A stretch of DNA of 64,000 bases from Octopus sinensis. Its lineage: Eukaryota. The translations under genes and the position numbers were made by a program. The notes below the pieces were generated by a model, which saw only the letters and a list, made by a program, of their open reading frames with translations, had not been told where the DNA came from and did not search any database. Of this stretch, positions 12,106-26,098 are shown one piece after another; position 1 is the stretch's first letter, and each line of letters opens with the position of its first letter. The DNA is taken from contig NC_043007.1 in assembly GCF_006345805.1 (NCBI RefSeq), positions 60,202,001 to 60,266,000 of the forward strand, read 5' to 3'.

Positions 12106-12976
12106 TTCTTTTTGTTTTCATTTAATCATAAGCCTGACAGTTAAATTAATAATGTATAAATTATAATTTATGAACGATTCTCACAGATTCTTTAAAATTT
12201 AATTTCTCAGTGTTTAATTTATTAAACTCAAGGCCTATTCCTATATTAAAATCATTTTCTGTACACTTTTGATCTGCAAAGAGTTTGATTTAGAATCAAA
12301 TATTCAAAAACAAAAATAATATGGTTTAATAATTTATCGTATGATTAATTAGTTCACTTAAACTGATTGCAAGTGTTGTTTTACAGTTGGAAGCAGTTAA
12401 AAATATTCAGCAATTTTTCATTTTCTTTAATTTTTGCTTTTTCCTAGCTTCAGCCATTGGCCTCTGTCCATGTTAGGATGTTGCCACGTTCAAAGGCTTA
12501 GTCTATTACAACAGTGCTAGACCTTATTACTTTTAGTTTGATAACTATTTTGTTGCTCTATATTGGTTGAATCACTGAGTTAAGCTTTGTGCAATTACAC
12601 TAGTAGTTACATAAACACAGACATAGACTCATATACGCACACACATCTATTCCCCCCCACTCTTTATATGTATATACACACACACACACACGTATGACGT
12701 CCTTCTTCATAGTTTACGTCTACTAAATTACACTCATAAGGTATTGGTCAACCTAACGTTCTAGCAGAATACACTCTAGTGCCATGGAATCAAATGTAGA
12801 TCCACCTGGTTGTGAAGTAAATCTGGCCAGTTTTCTTAATATACAAAATCCCTTATACGATATCTTTTACTTATTTCTTTTTGTTTTATTTAATCATAAG
12901 CCTGACAGTTAAATTAAATTTTAAAGAATCTGTGAGAGTTCTTCATAAATTATAATTTATACATTATTAATTTCTC
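12106..12976. repeat. Pair of ~100-bp local duplicates (12106-12208, 12876-12976) differing by a 63-bp internal inversion
   Basis: Shared direct flank TTTAATCATAAGCCTGACAGTT. 12911-12973 is the reverse complement of 12143-12205 with 3 mismatches. Confidence 0.9.
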
Positions 12977-13000
12977 TGCAGCCATGTTAGAGCACCACCC

Positions 13001-13630
13001 CCATCATCATCACTGTTTAGCGTCTGTTTTCCATGCTGGCATGGGTTGGATGGTTTGACTGAGAACTGGTAGGCTGAGAGGCTGCACCAAGCTCCAATCT
13101 GATTTGACAAGGTGTCTACAGCTGGATGCCCTTCCTAATGCCAACCACTTTGTGAGTGTAGTGGGTGCTTTTTACATTCCACTGGCACAGGAGCCAGTTG
13201 GACAGCACTGGCATTGGTCATGCTCAAATGGTGCATTTTGCGGCACTGGCATCAGGTGCCAGTGAGGTGCCACTGGCATCAGCCATGCTTAAATGGTGTT
13301 TTTTACATGTCACCAGCATGGGTGCCAGTCAAGCGGCACTGGCATCGGCCACGACTATAATCTCACTTGGTTTGCCATGTCTTCTGAAGCACAGCATATC
13401 TCCAAAGGTCTCAGTCATGCTTCACCACCTCATCCCATGTTTTCCTGGGTCGATCTCTTCTGCAGGTTCCTTCAACTGCTAGGGTGTGACACTTCTTCAC
13501 ACAGCTGTCCTAATCCATACACATCACATGACCATACCAGCACAGTCATCTCTCTTGCACACCACACCTGCTGCTTCTTATGTCCAACTTTTCTCTCAGG
13601 ATACTTACTCTCTGCCGTGTACGCACACTG
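13001..13630 (-). mobile_element. 5'-truncated RTE-clade LINE (ORF C-terminus, 3'UTR and (GAT)n tail)
   Basis: Minus translation ...SILREKLDIRSSRCGVQER*LCWYGHVMCMD*DSCVKKCHTLAVEGTCRRDRPRKTWDEVVKHD, the RTE-type WYGHV...R.RPRKTW end, followed by the abundant 3'UTR. Confidence 0.85.
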
Positions 13631-14210
13631 ATATTACACATCTAGTGGAGACTGTAGTAAACATTTGCCCTAGCTGCCACACAGTGAAACTGAACCTGGA
13701 ACCATGTCGTTGGAAGCAAATTTTTTACCACACATCCACACCTTATGTTTTGTTTTATGAAGTAACAAGGATTAGGTTTTGTTGTATGCTGAGCTTTCCA
13801 AAGTCTTATGTTATCTACTCTCCTTCTTTGTATATTTTCTACAAATATCCTTTAAGCTTCTGCTGCTAAGTCATATATTTTTATCTTTCTTTTATGTTGT
13901 TTATTTTAAAGTACCTAACATTTTCCTTTTGTGTTACATATCTACAATTTATTGGACCATTTATTGCCAGTTGGCATTGAAAACATCAACTATTACCATA
14001 TATCTAAAGGTAAACATAATTAAACAAGACAGGTAATGGATATATAATTACTACTTGAAAAATATGCTTGAATACCTAGAAGATGCCATAGCAACAAAAT
14101 ATCCTTCAGTCTTTTTTAGAGGTTCTTACCACTCTAAATCAGTGACGTCGTGATATTCTTTTCCCAAGCATCTGTAATGACTATTGTTGTTGTTGTTGTT
14201 GTTATTATTT

Positions 14211-14428
14211 AAGGTAGCGAGCTGGTAGAATCATTAGCATGCTGGCAAAATGCTTAGCAGTATTTCATCTGTCTTTACATTCTGAGTTCAAATGCCGCCA
14301 GGGTCAACTTTACCTTTCATCCTCTTGGGCTTGTTAAATTAAGTACCAGTTATGCACTGGGATTGATGTAATCACCTAGACCCCTCCTCCAAAATTTCAG
14401 GCCTTGTGCCTATAGTAGAAAGGCTAAT
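14211..14428 (+). mobile_element. SINE family C
   Basis: AAGGTAGCGAGCTGG...GAGTTCAAATGCCGCCAGGGTCAACTTTACCTTTCATCC...AAGTACCAG. More than 10 copies in the window. Confidence 0.85.
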
Positions 14429-14785
14429 TATTATTATTATTATTTCTTGTCTTTTATCTTAGTAGAAAAAAAAAGATATGAGATGTGTTCTTTATCTGTA
14501 ATCATTCATTTCATCTTTGTGGTGGTGAATTTCTTCTACTTGCTGTAGAAAAGCACCTCCACCAAATGTTCTCAAAATAACAAGAAAGGCATATCCAGAA
14601 AGAAAGAGATATCTGATCTCAGAAGTTTAGATTTTAAAGGTGATGTGACTCAAGCTTGAAATAATAGTGATATGGTGCTTTAGCATAGAAAATGGTTACT
14701 AAAATGATGTCATATTTCTTGTATTATATGTGAAGTGAGATAATAGATGAACTTTTGAATGGGGCCTTGTTGTCATCACTTCCCT

Positions 14786-15210
14786 GCGTAGCCATAGAGT
14801 TAAGACATCCGCTTCCCAACTATTTGATATCAGGTTCAGTCCCACTACATGACACCTTGGGCTAAAGTCTTCTACTTTACCTCTAAGCCTACAACAGCCT
14901 TGTCAGTAGATTTGGTAAATGGAAACTGAATAAAGCCTGTTGTGTGTGTGTGCAGACACACTACCACATACTATCAAGTGTGTTTGTTTGTGTCTCTTTG
15001 TCTTGGCGTCACATGGTGTTGCAGATGAGCATCACTGTCATACAAGCAGTATCATTCATTCCCAATCATCTATGAAAACATCTCCAATTGTGAAGAGATA
15101 TTACACTGCTAGAAAACGGGTTAGGGTCAGCAACAGGCTGTATAAAATATGCCTCAGTGAATTCTATCTAATCCATGCAAATATGGGAAAGTTAAAACAA
15201 TGAAGATGAG
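14786..15210 (+). mobile_element. SINE with family A 5' half and a different 3' module
   Basis: GGTTCAGTCCCACTAC...GCCTTGTCAGTAGATTTGGTAAATGGAAACTGAA, then a 3' module (GAGCATCACTGTCATACAAGCAG...) also seen decayed near 790-870. Confidence 0.6.
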
Positions 15211-16669
15211 GAATTCTAAGATAACCTCAGCTAAGAACAGAGACCAAAATTTGAACTAAGCTCTCAAAGCTGTCATCTGTATTTTTAATCAATCTCTGAT
15301 TTATGTCATTTTGAAAATTATTTCCAGCTATTTCTAGGTTTTTAGATGTAACTTCATTGATGAAAATGTCTTTAGAACTAAAATTGCTATTTATGATTTT
15401 TAAATAAAACAAATTGTTTTTGTTATGCTCTTTAAATCAGTATGTGTGTTTGTGCATACAATTGAAGTTAGTAGCTTTCTTTTATAGCCATTTGAACAGC
15501 TATATGTACTTTAAATTACTATTTACATTGCTACTTTGACAACGCAATCAGTACTGGAGACGGAACTATTAGTCTATCTGCAATGTAAAGGGATTAGAAA
15601 TAGATTAAGGAATTGCTGCCTTTTAAAACTAGCAATGGCTGCTTTTTCTTTTTCTTTTTTTTGCTTAAAAAGGTAGGATGTAGGTAAAAATATGATGCTG
15701 TATGGGTGTGAGTGTGAGATATTGACAGTAGCTAGATAAAACTGAGTGGAGCATGACTTGATATGTAAAAGAATTTGGAGTAAATTAACATTCGTTGGTG
15801 ATGTGTTAGGTATAAGATGGTGAGAAAACTGATAGGTTGCTTGGAGATCTAATATGAATATGATGCTGGCTATAGGCTAATTGGAAGCTGGTAAGGGTTG
15901 AAATAAAATAGTTGCTCTTGAGGAATTTGCAAAAGGTAACTAATAGAAACACTAATGAAGATCCATGTAACCATACAAGTTTTTAAAAATCAACAATTAA
16001 AAGGCTGATGGTGTTGATATCCAAATAACTTCTCTTTCTTTCTCTCTCTCCCTCCTCTGTTAATTTGGCAAATTGTACTAATAGACAGTGTCATGTGTTA
16101 TTTATACGCCAAAGTAAAAATATTATTTGTAATGTTCCATTTTGGTAATCATGGTAACTACCTGCATAAAAAATTGGCTCAGAGAACCTTCTAGGTCCAA
16201 TAAAAGTAGTTTCTCAAATCACATGGCTTCTGCCCTGAGTGCAGTTATTTTTATTTATAATTGAATACACCAAGTTATAGCGTATATCAAAATGAAACAT
16301 TCTGTATAATATCAGAAAGTTTGTGAATTTCCTTATAGGTGTTGTTTTATGTACCATATTAAATTACTTTTCCAATAATACCTTGCCATGAGAAATTCTG
16401 TTATATTTCTGGTACAGCTGACTCCTGAAGATTTTTCATACTTTTTTTTTTTTCATATAAATCCACAATAAAGTATTGTTAAATACTAAAATTACATTTA
16501 TTTTATTACTTTTGAGCTGATTTATTTTCAATATATGACACGATTTTGACTTCAGTGGCTAGTTACCTTTATTTTTATACAAAAGGAAGAAAGTTCTTAA
16601 CAAAAAATAAATTCACTGAAACTTACTAGTGAACCCAATTAAAAATATTTAGTAATATTTGTATTAAAT

Positions 16670-16968
16670 CAGTGGTTCTCAACCAGAGTCTATGTGGCCC
16701 CTAAGGTCCATATAAGATTTTGGGGGGTCCACTCAACAAAATAGTAAACTGCGGATCTACAATATTATTTTAAGGTGCCCCTGAAGAAATTTTGCTTTAG
16801 ATGTATGTATTGCAAGAAACATGTTTCTTCTTGAAAAGCAAAATAGGAATTTTGAAAGAAGTTTCTATAAAACTACTTTTTAAGCATTGAATAGCTAGTG
16901 AGGCGGGGCCACCAGAATAAAATAACAATCAAAGGGGTGCATAGATAAAAAATGGTTGGGAACTCCTA
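16670..16968. mobile_element. hAT-like MITE
   Basis: Terminal inverted repeats CAGTGGTTCTCAACC ... GGTTGGGAACTCC, typical of hAT (Charlie-type) ends. No 8-bp TSD recognisable. Confidence 0.6.
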
Positions 16969-19900
16969 AAAAGAAAAATTTTGTCATGCAAGAATATTTT
17001 GTTTGCTGTTATTTTTCAGCAGCCAAGAGAGCTTGCAATTTTTCATGGAGTTAAAATGTTATGTTGCAATGTTCATACTTTTCCTGAGAGCATGAGTAAT
17101 ATAATCTGAGTTTTATCTAGCTATCAGCTTAGACTAACATTTCTGGTGTTCTGTGGAAAGAACAAGTAATATTTCCTACAGTGCTTACTTAATTCATCAT
17201 TTTTATCCCCAATGATTATTGTTATGATATAGTAGAACAACAGTATACCCAAAGGCAAATAAATGGGACCCTTGGCCATATCTCAGCATGACTGAACAAG
17301 CATTACAAGCTAGATATGAGACAGCTTGTATAAGTTGTTGAAGAAAGGCAACATGCTAAATTTCATATCAATGTTTTTGAGACAAAATTTTTATTGTAAA
17401 ACTAAATACTCATTTGTATAATTCCCTTGAGCTGGATATGAGATAGACTTGTAATTTTATGTAAATAAGTCTGTTATGTAATAGAAATGGTTGAAGCTTT
17501 ATCAGATGCTGTATTTACTATCTGCTACTGCTGCTATAAATACCCTTGTAAACCACCACTTTTCAGTTTAACAGCAGAGTGGAAATTAAAGCCTTATTTT
17601 AATTGACTTTCCTTTTGGATTATTCTTTCTTCAATTTAACCCTTTAGCATTCAGATTAATTTATCAAATCTAATGCTTATTTATCCACATTTTAAAAAAT
17701 TAACCACATAGTACTTTGTAGCTTCAAGGTTTTGAAAATGAGCTGGTAGGTATATATGCCTATTTAAGATGTCACCATAACTGGTTTAATCAAAGAGAAG
17801 CATGAGAAAAATATATCTAAATTAAAAGTTGTTTTGAAATTTAATAAGACCCCGAATAATAGTAGATATAAACTTCCAGGTACATCTGTATTGCTTTCAT
17901 AACACCTTTTAGGAAGTGGATGATATGAGTGTTATATTGTTGCCATCCGGGAAACCATGACATGAGCCCTAGGATCTATTTAAAAATTTACTTTTGCTCC
18001 TACTACCACAACATAGGATGCCTTACACTTTATGTGACCCTTCAAACTCAACACTGTTTGAACATATCTTCAATTTTCCTCTGAAACTGTTGCAGTGATG
18101 AATAAGTCAACCTGACTTTCCTAAGGTAGAAAGAATCTGTTAAGGGGGTACATCTCTAAGGGATGAACATTTAGTCAAAGAAGTTGAACTATTGCAATCA
18201 AATGCCCCAAATGCTGACATTTGTTTTCTCAATGTTTAAGAACATACCATAGCAGTTAGGGAATGAACTCCATCAGGAGATATAAAACTGAAGATAGATA
18301 TAAGTGTGCTCCAACTAAAATACCAATATTCCTAAAAATCACATTGACTTATCTACCCTGGCTCTTGGCAAAGCACCTACACAACCACCCAAACAAACAT
18401 TACTAATGAACTCCTTGTGAACTTTATACTCCATCACTCTACTCACTTTAAAATATCTATTGAAAGATATTGATCTGGCAGTAATAATGTACTATGTTGT
18501 TTTATATTTTTGTTGTGGGGAGGGGAATGTAATAATTTTATGTATATAATACTGTATTCAACAAACAATAGATGCTAAAATTACTACCTGCTGTTGCTGC
18601 TATAAATACTTTCCTATGCTATTGCTACTATTTACCAGTTGATGTCATCCTGATCTAAATTTTGGAATATACCTTATTTGGCCTAAAAATATAAACATTA
18701 TGTCCTAGGCTTTAGGAAATAAGCTCAAGGATCTCTGTATGTTGATGATTTTTCTGCGTATAGGGGAAAGAGCAGCATTTCAACTTTGTGTAATCTATAT
18801 ACATATTTATTTCATATTTTCCAAATAAGGACATACTGTACAGTATTGTCAACTAAAGTGATTTTAGTAATACAAATTAACTTGGTAATAGATTTCCATC
18901 ATTACTTGGGTCTAATATTTGTCTGAAAATTCATTTTCTAACCATATAAACAAAAGTTCATACTAAAATGCTGAAAATATTAAACATTCTAAGTTTTTAA
19001 GTTACACACATTAAGGAACTGACTGTGGATTATTACTCTAGCTCTATGATTGATAAAGGTTGGATCTATGAAACAGGCTGAACGTTGGACTTAAAACCGA
19101 AGTTAGTAGAGTGGTAGTTGATAAAAAAAAGTTAACTGGCTGTGGACTAAATATAAATTGTTATACAATGTGTTAAAATTTCCTCTTCACAAATATTAAT
19201 TTGACTGTTTTCTACACTGAAAATAGTCCAATCAGATTTAAGGGTTTCTACCAAGGAATATCTAGTAAAAGCAAATTTCTTTCTTAGAACAAAATTAATA
19301 AAGCTTGGATTTGGACTCATGGTTTAACTCTTATTTTATAGATACAATGTTTCTTTCATAAATTTAGTAGGGATAAATTGTTTGTAAATTCCTTAATAAA
19401 CATAACTAACACTGTGTAACCATACTTCTGTTATTATAAACTGCCTTTATTTCAAATAATTTTTTAAATAATGAAGAATTTAGTAAAATAACTTCATTAA
19501 GCTGGGATCAGGAATAACTTAGCATAAAATTTTGATGGAAGATTATGATTTAGACCACTTTAAAACAGTAAGTTTATAGAACTTGGAATGGTCTCAGGCA
19601 GGTTAAAAAAAAAACACTCAGTATTGTTATTTTCATTTAACCCAGACAAGTTAGTGGTGCTAAAACATTGTCTGATTATTCATATTGGTTATGTATGTTT
19701 TGTGGTTTTAATCAATATAAGAAATATGATTAGTCTAATTACAAATAGAGGATTCAATGGCACCATAAATTGATGAGTTAAAGGCCAAGGTTTTGTTTGC
19801 CAATTCCATAACCCTACTTACAACTACAGTTCATACCAAAAGTTTATTTATAAGACCATCTCCAGAAAGAAAATGTACTAAACTGGTTTTACAATATTTA

Positions 19901-20610
19901 TAAATGGATATTTATATATGTTGTATGACGTAATATAGCAAGTGACTAACAGTTCATTATAATACTATACTTGACTAGTACTTACTATAGTTGTATAAAC
20001 TTATAGTTGACCATATTTGTTGTAAGTCAAACTTTAGTGACAACAAAGAAATAGACCAATGTGTAAGGAATTTTGTTGGCATCATAGCCATTCATTTGCA
20101 TTCTGATTACCTAAATATTGTCTACAAGAAGATAGATGAAGACAAGAGAAAAAAAAAAGACAAATTAATTCCATCTTAGCTATAATGGAAAGACTGCAGA
20201 AGTAGATAGAAAAAGTAGTTCATCATCATGATGAACAGGCCAGAGCATATATGTATTCTCATGTGACCTGTTGTTTTCCATAAACCCAGTAGGAAAACAA
20301 AAACTGTGTTTGAAAACACACTTTACAGTTATTTACAGACTGTTTAACCAAAACTTCTAGTAGTTATTTATTGGAACACAGTCATAATATTCACTTTAAA
20401 CAACAATGAAATATGTGATAAAATATATTAAAAATTTTTGGAGGTTGCTTTTTCTCTTTGTGATGTAGGTTATCGATTTAAAGAAATTCTTAATGGTTTC
20501 TATAAAAGATGCATTTTACCTCTAAACTGTGAGCTTTTGAAACATATTGCTTTTTATACTTTATACTCTTGCCCTCTCTTTCTATCATAGTTTTTTTTTT
20601 TTTTTTCCAG

Positions 20611-20635
20611 ATAAGATTGCATTAAAATTGCTTTG
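20611..20635 (+). other. Candidate micro-exon
   Basis: (T)16CCAG acceptor and TTG|GTGAGT donor. Only one open frame (D-KIALKLL). Product not recognised. Confidence 0.3.
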
Positions 20636-20979
20636 GTGAGTTACCAGATTTATCAACTTATCTCTTATTTGAATCTTTTTACCTTTAGTCTTGTAGGCAA
20701 TGAACTTCACTTGAGGCTTTGCTTATGTGTCTGAAATTGGTATTGGGTGCTTTTCAAAAGTAGAGATGAATTGCTACTACTTGTCTTTGAGATTAAGCAG
20801 ATTGTGAATTCAAAAGAATTAACAAATCAAATCCAGTAGCTAGTATTGTTCCAAACAATGATACTTTAGGCATTTAATGGTCCTTCTGTCTAGTAATAAA
20901 GGTGCTTGTGTAGAAGACATTTACTTCAACATTGTTCAGTATTCCACATTGGCTGTTAAGGAGCTTAATTCATTATCAT

Positions 20980-21185
20980 CTAACCCTTTAGCATTCAGAT
21001 TATTCTGTCAAATGTAACACTTTTTCATTCACGTTCTTTCGAATTAATTATGCATTATCTTGAAGCTTCAAGATTGTGATGATGTGATTGTTTATTTTTA
21101 GAATGACATTGTAAGATAGATATGAGAGGCCAAATCTGGCCAGTTTGAACATAATACACGTAGAATATTTGGGCAGGATACAGCT
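20980..21185 (+). mobile_element. TTAA-type MITE family 2 (CCCTTTAGCATT end), partial
   Basis: AACCCTTTAGCATTCAGATTATTCTGTCAAATG. Same family at ~17638, ~32905 and 37292-37517. Confidence 0.65.
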
Positions 21186-22315
21186 ACGTGTGAATGTCCT
21201 CTTTCCATACTGGATGCACATGCCATGTGCTTCTAGGCAGTTCTTATTTAGGGTTATTGCCTTCCTAGACTGGTCAATAAATCATGTCTTAGTCATGTTC
21301 TGCTTTTGACATTGTTTCAAAGGCTCAACACCCTTCCTAACATAACCAACAGGCTGTTCTGGATGCATTTCATTGTCACCAGTGCAAGAGAAGTTGTCAT
21401 GTTCATGACAAGATTAAAGAGTCCCTTTTTTACTTATTACTGTCTCTGTTCATTTATCAGCCACTTACTGAGAGGTATTGGCTGCATTTTTTTTATGGCA
21501 CCAGCACTAGAGAGGTTCCTTTGTCTCCTGTAGAACTAAAGATTTCTCTCTACTCTATTGTCTACCTTCCAAGGTAAACATAGCCAAGACAGTGAAAGTA
21601 GAGAAGGAAGGGAAGAGTGAGTGAGGAAGAAAACAGTGATAGGAGTGAGATGTTAGAGGAGTGAGTAATAGAAAAGAACTAGTAATAACTATGTATAGGT
21701 TATTAGTGTGGAGAATAAATAGAAAAAAAAGCAGCATAAATAGAATGATGGAATTACAGAAAATATGATTGATGATAAGAGAGCATGTTAGTAGATAGTA
21801 ATAGAGGTGGGTAGTTGGTAATGGAGAGCTTTGATGTTATCCTCTTTTACGGAGGTGTCATGATGGAGGTGAGATAGAGATGAATATGCAGCTATATGTT
21901 ATTGTCATGTTATTCTAAGTCAACAGAAGTTCAGATGTCCCCATTTCAAAGACACTGGTTCCAGTATTGTGGAAAATTGGACTGAGTTGGTCAAGTGACA
22001 ACCATATTTTTTCTATGGCTATAAAACAACTAGAAAAACTTAGCTTTCTGCTGTGTAAAGTGGTGATTGTTTTATTTGTGTTCAATTCAAAAACTTTCAG
22101 CAGACTGCTCTAAACAGTATTACTTTTGATATATCTTGTATAACTAAGATAACACAAATATAAATAATTTCCACTTAGGCTAAAATTACTGAGATTGATA
22201 CACAGATTTATTAGTGCTAATGACTTACAGCTATAATTTCATTTGATTAAAGATTATTTTTAACTCACTACATTAAATATGGTTGCCTGTACTTAACTAA
22301 ATGTTCTTCATGTAG

Positions 22316-22525
22316 GTGATAAGTTTGGGACATTTAGCAGTGACATTGTTTCAAATAATTGAATCAATAAATTATCATCATACCAAATCTATATGCGATT
22401 TCAATCCTTCTGTAGTCTGGTATCTATATGTTGACTATTTTTTACCAAAGAGTTCTGATAAAGTGGAAACATCCAGAATTACCATCAAATTAGACTGTCT
22501 CCCTGTCCACAGCATATCACTATTG
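22316..22525 (+). other. Candidate 210-nt exon (70 open codons)
   Basis: TTCTTCATGTAG| acceptor and TTG|GTAAAT donor, phase 0-0, VISLGHL...VHSISLL. No recognisable homology; not phase-compatible with the 20611 candidate. Confidence 0.2.
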
Positions 22526-23450
22526 GTAAATTGAAGTTCCAGAGTTTCCTCCCTTCTGTTTGTTTTTTGAGAGCAGTTTTCATTAATGCTTATTAATTTT
22601 CATTACATATATAATTTCAGTTGATTAAAAATTGTAATTCACTGCATTAATCGTTATATTTCTGTTAAAAGAATCTGCTTTTGGTTCAATTAATTTTGAA
22701 AATTATGAAAAATTTAATAAAATATCTTACTCATTATTAAACTGGTCTTTGGAACATGAAATGTTAAAGGAAGGTTTAATTTATATCACTTTAAATAAGT
22801 TTGTATCATAGAACCAGGGGTTGGTCTCACACAGTTTAGTATCAAAAGGATTAAGTACGTTAATGCACATTTAACTACATATATAGGTTTCTTTAACAAA
22901 AAAAATTGGACTTATTTGCAAATAATGTGCATTTGTGTGTGTGTGTGCATGTGCACTTGCAAGCATATTTATGTGTTTTTAAAAAGTTCTCTTTGTAAAT
23001 GCTTAGTTTCAAATTTGGACATGCTGTACCTCAAATTGACCAAAGCTTTCTGAAAAGAATTTGGTTAATGGAAATTGTGCTGAAACCCATTCTGTGCCAG
23101 TATGCATGTGTGTGTGTATTTGTTTATGTATACCTGTGTAAAACAATGCATCAAGTTACAGGCATTTTATATTAAAATATAATTTAACCATTCAGTAAAC
23201 AAGGATCCCTAAAACAAGTACAGGGATTGATATAACTGAATTAAAAAACCCTGAAGTGATGCCACCACATGGCTTCATTCCAATGATTAAAACTAGTGTA
23301 GGAGCCTTTATGCCACACTACTGATGACATAAAAGGCCCACAAACCGAATTTGATGATATTTCTTATATGTTCGCTGTTTATTCATCTACCTATGAGATT
23401 TTGTATTTGAAGCATGGCATTGTGTCAGGTGAATTGATGTTTTTTTATAT

Positions 23451-23656
23451 TAGTTTCAAATTTTGGTACAAGGCCAGCTAACTCAGAGGGAGGAGTTAAG
23501 CCAATTACATCAACTCCAGTGCTCAACTAGTACTTATTGTATTGACCCTGAAAGGATGAAAAGCCAAGTACCTCGGTTGAATTCACAGTAAAGACAGACT
23601 AAATGCAGCTAAACATTTTTCCCAGTGTGCTAATGATTCTGCCAGCTCACCACCTT
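23451..23656 (-). mobile_element. SINE family C
   Basis: Reverse-complement copy (GGATGAAAAGCC...GCCAGCTCACCACCTT). Confidence 0.75.
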
Positions 23657-23820
23657 ATGTTTATTTAATATTAATATTTTGGTTTCTCTGGTTTTCTGTG
23701 TGTATGTGTCCTTGCATATATATATATATATATTAGATTAGAATATTTTAGGCCACTGATAGACTATGGTATGTTCCACATATTTATTTATATATGTGTG
23801 TGTTTGTGTGTACATACACA

Positions 23821-23893
23821 TACGAGGGATGTATGAAAAAACAAAACATGGTGCAAGACTTCAAGGCTCAAAATTTTTCATACACCCCTTGTA
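23821..23893. mobile_element. 73-bp Tc1/mariner-type mini-MITE
   Basis: 20-bp TIRs TACGAGGGATGTATGAAAAA / TTTTTCATACACCCCTTGTA (2 mismatches), TA at both ends. Confidence 0.75.
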
Positions 23894-26048
23894 CATGGAA
23901 TATTACCAGTTAGGGAGGATTTGAGAGGACCAAAGTTCAAATAAGGACTCAGTACACAATTATAAACTGGGCTCATGAAACAATTGATGGCCATTTTCAT
24001 GCTAGTAATAATAAAATATGTTAGATTGAGAGATAGATACTGTAGTACCTGTCCAATCCAAGCATAACTGTAGACTTTGCTTATCTGAAAAGTTATATTG
24101 AGGCAGTTTGCAATATTCATCAATAGAAACTCCAAGGTGTGATGTAACTGTTTGAACATTCTGAGCTGAGCAATACAAATTCATGTTATTGTTGACTACA
24201 AGCCATATGGCATAGACTCCATTGTTTATGAATATACACTTCAGCCAGTCTTTTCCCTTATAAATCAGTTGTCCAAATTTGGGCCAGCAGTATTTTCAAC
24301 CATGTGACTGAATTCAAGATGTTTCTACCATGCCCCAAAATATGGTAACGATAATGATGAATGTGTTTGTGCACACTCATGTAATTATATTTGGAAGTAT
24401 TTATTTCCTCTTGAAACTAGCTTTAAGCTTTCAAATTTTGGTGGGGTTTTTTTGTGTGTGTGTATGTTTGTGTTTTTCCAAATTGTTTAGCCTCAGATGA
24501 ACCTTGAATAAGAAGGCTCGTGATCTCAGGAGGTTTTTAAGCTGTGGCCATTCTGTTTACAGACATAGTATATCTAGGAGTACATTATCCAGTATGTCCT
24601 TTCTTTTTTTTTTGGTGGGGGGGGGTTGAAATGATAGGATGTAATTTGAGAGAGAGACTTGCTTACTATTTATGGTTACTGCTGCATAGAGGTTTGTCAT
24701 TGGCTTGTTATTTTTATGTTTTATTGTATTGCAGAACAAACATGTCTTCCTGTTGTACTAAAAATAATATGCATGTTTACATAGTGTGGTTATTTGTTAA
24801 ATTGTTCACCTATACTTTAGAGATATTTCTGGCGGCAAATAGATTCTGATAAAAAAAACGTTTACATTTGACTTCACATCTTTTTATGTTTCATTGCTGT
24901 TGAATTTGAATTTAAAAAAATTTTTTGTTTACTTGCTGAGGTAGGATTGTCTAGGTAAATGATTCTACTATTGGATACCTTCCTACTACTTATCATTCTT
25001 TCTAAAATTGATGTGAAACTTGTTTTAATACTTAGTAAGTTGGAACCAGTAATACATAATGTAGTAATCTTATTTATGCAACATTTTAAAGCGTTGATTG
25101 AACTACTGATGTCATGTGCCTGTATGTTTACATTATTTATGTTCCTTAATTCATTTTTTTTTTAAATCATATTTAATCCTTACATTTTAAGGGTCTCTGA
25201 AAATATTCTCTTTTACAAACATGTTTGTTAGTTATCAATATTTGTTGGTTTCTTTTATAATTTAATAGCTAAATTTGAAAAATCTGTTGTGAGATTCATG
25301 TAAGGTTTAATAAGATTTATATATATTTAGTTTTGAGCTTCTGAAAGGATCAAAGCAATGTTTTATGTTATTGCTTTTTCAAATAATGTTATTTATTTGT
25401 ACATAATATATTAACATTTGATCTGTTGCCATAATATGACACATTTTAACTGTTAATATTTTGTATCTCTATCATCAATCATTATTTTTCTCCTTTAATT
25501 TCTACACTGTATGCATCATATTATTAAGAACATCCCTAAACTATAAACCCTTTGCTTTAATCATGCTCACATCCTGATACTTATATCTTTGTACCTTTAC
25601 TGTTAAACCAAAAGCTGATAAAGCCTGGCATTCTACTCTTATCCCAAAGAAATGTTAAACTGTTAGATGAAATGATCATGAATTCTGCATATGCTTTTCA
25701 CAAACCATGAATAGGTGAAGCATGTAGCCATTAACCTCAAAAGATCGAAATGCTGATATGGGATTTAGTTTATTGATCTTTAGCTACCACAATTTCTGTG
25801 ATTTAGAGAAATAAAACTGGAGCTAAAACAATTTCAGATGATGATTAGTAGAGGGAAGGATGAAGCAACAGTTAATTTTATGTATTCTTGTGATAAGCTT
25901 GTGAGAACTGATTGATTATGGATTCTTTTAAACTCTTGCTACATAGCTTTAAGGTTAAGGTGTAGATAGGTGAAACCAATTTGCCAGTATCTTATGAATC
26001 CCTTCTAATGGTTACACCTTTTGATGTTCTTTGATTTATCTTCAATAG

Positions 26049-26098
26049 AGTTAAAAGGAAGGCACTGCCTGAAACATGTGAAGAATGGCATGTCAAAG
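26049..26098 (+). other. Candidate exon
   Basis: ATTTATCTTCAATAG| ... AAG|GTTAGC. Frame VKRKALPETCEEWHVK is phase-compatible with the 29159 candidate. Confidence 0.25.

Noticed and set aside
12087-12112. CTGATGA followed by an AGAAT/ATTCT hairpin
   Set aside because: No GAAA or stem III downstream.
13165-13869. Overlapping 105-127 aa ORFs (also 39033-39574, 55465-55988)
   Set aside because: Antisense or 3'UTR frames of RTE LINE fragments.
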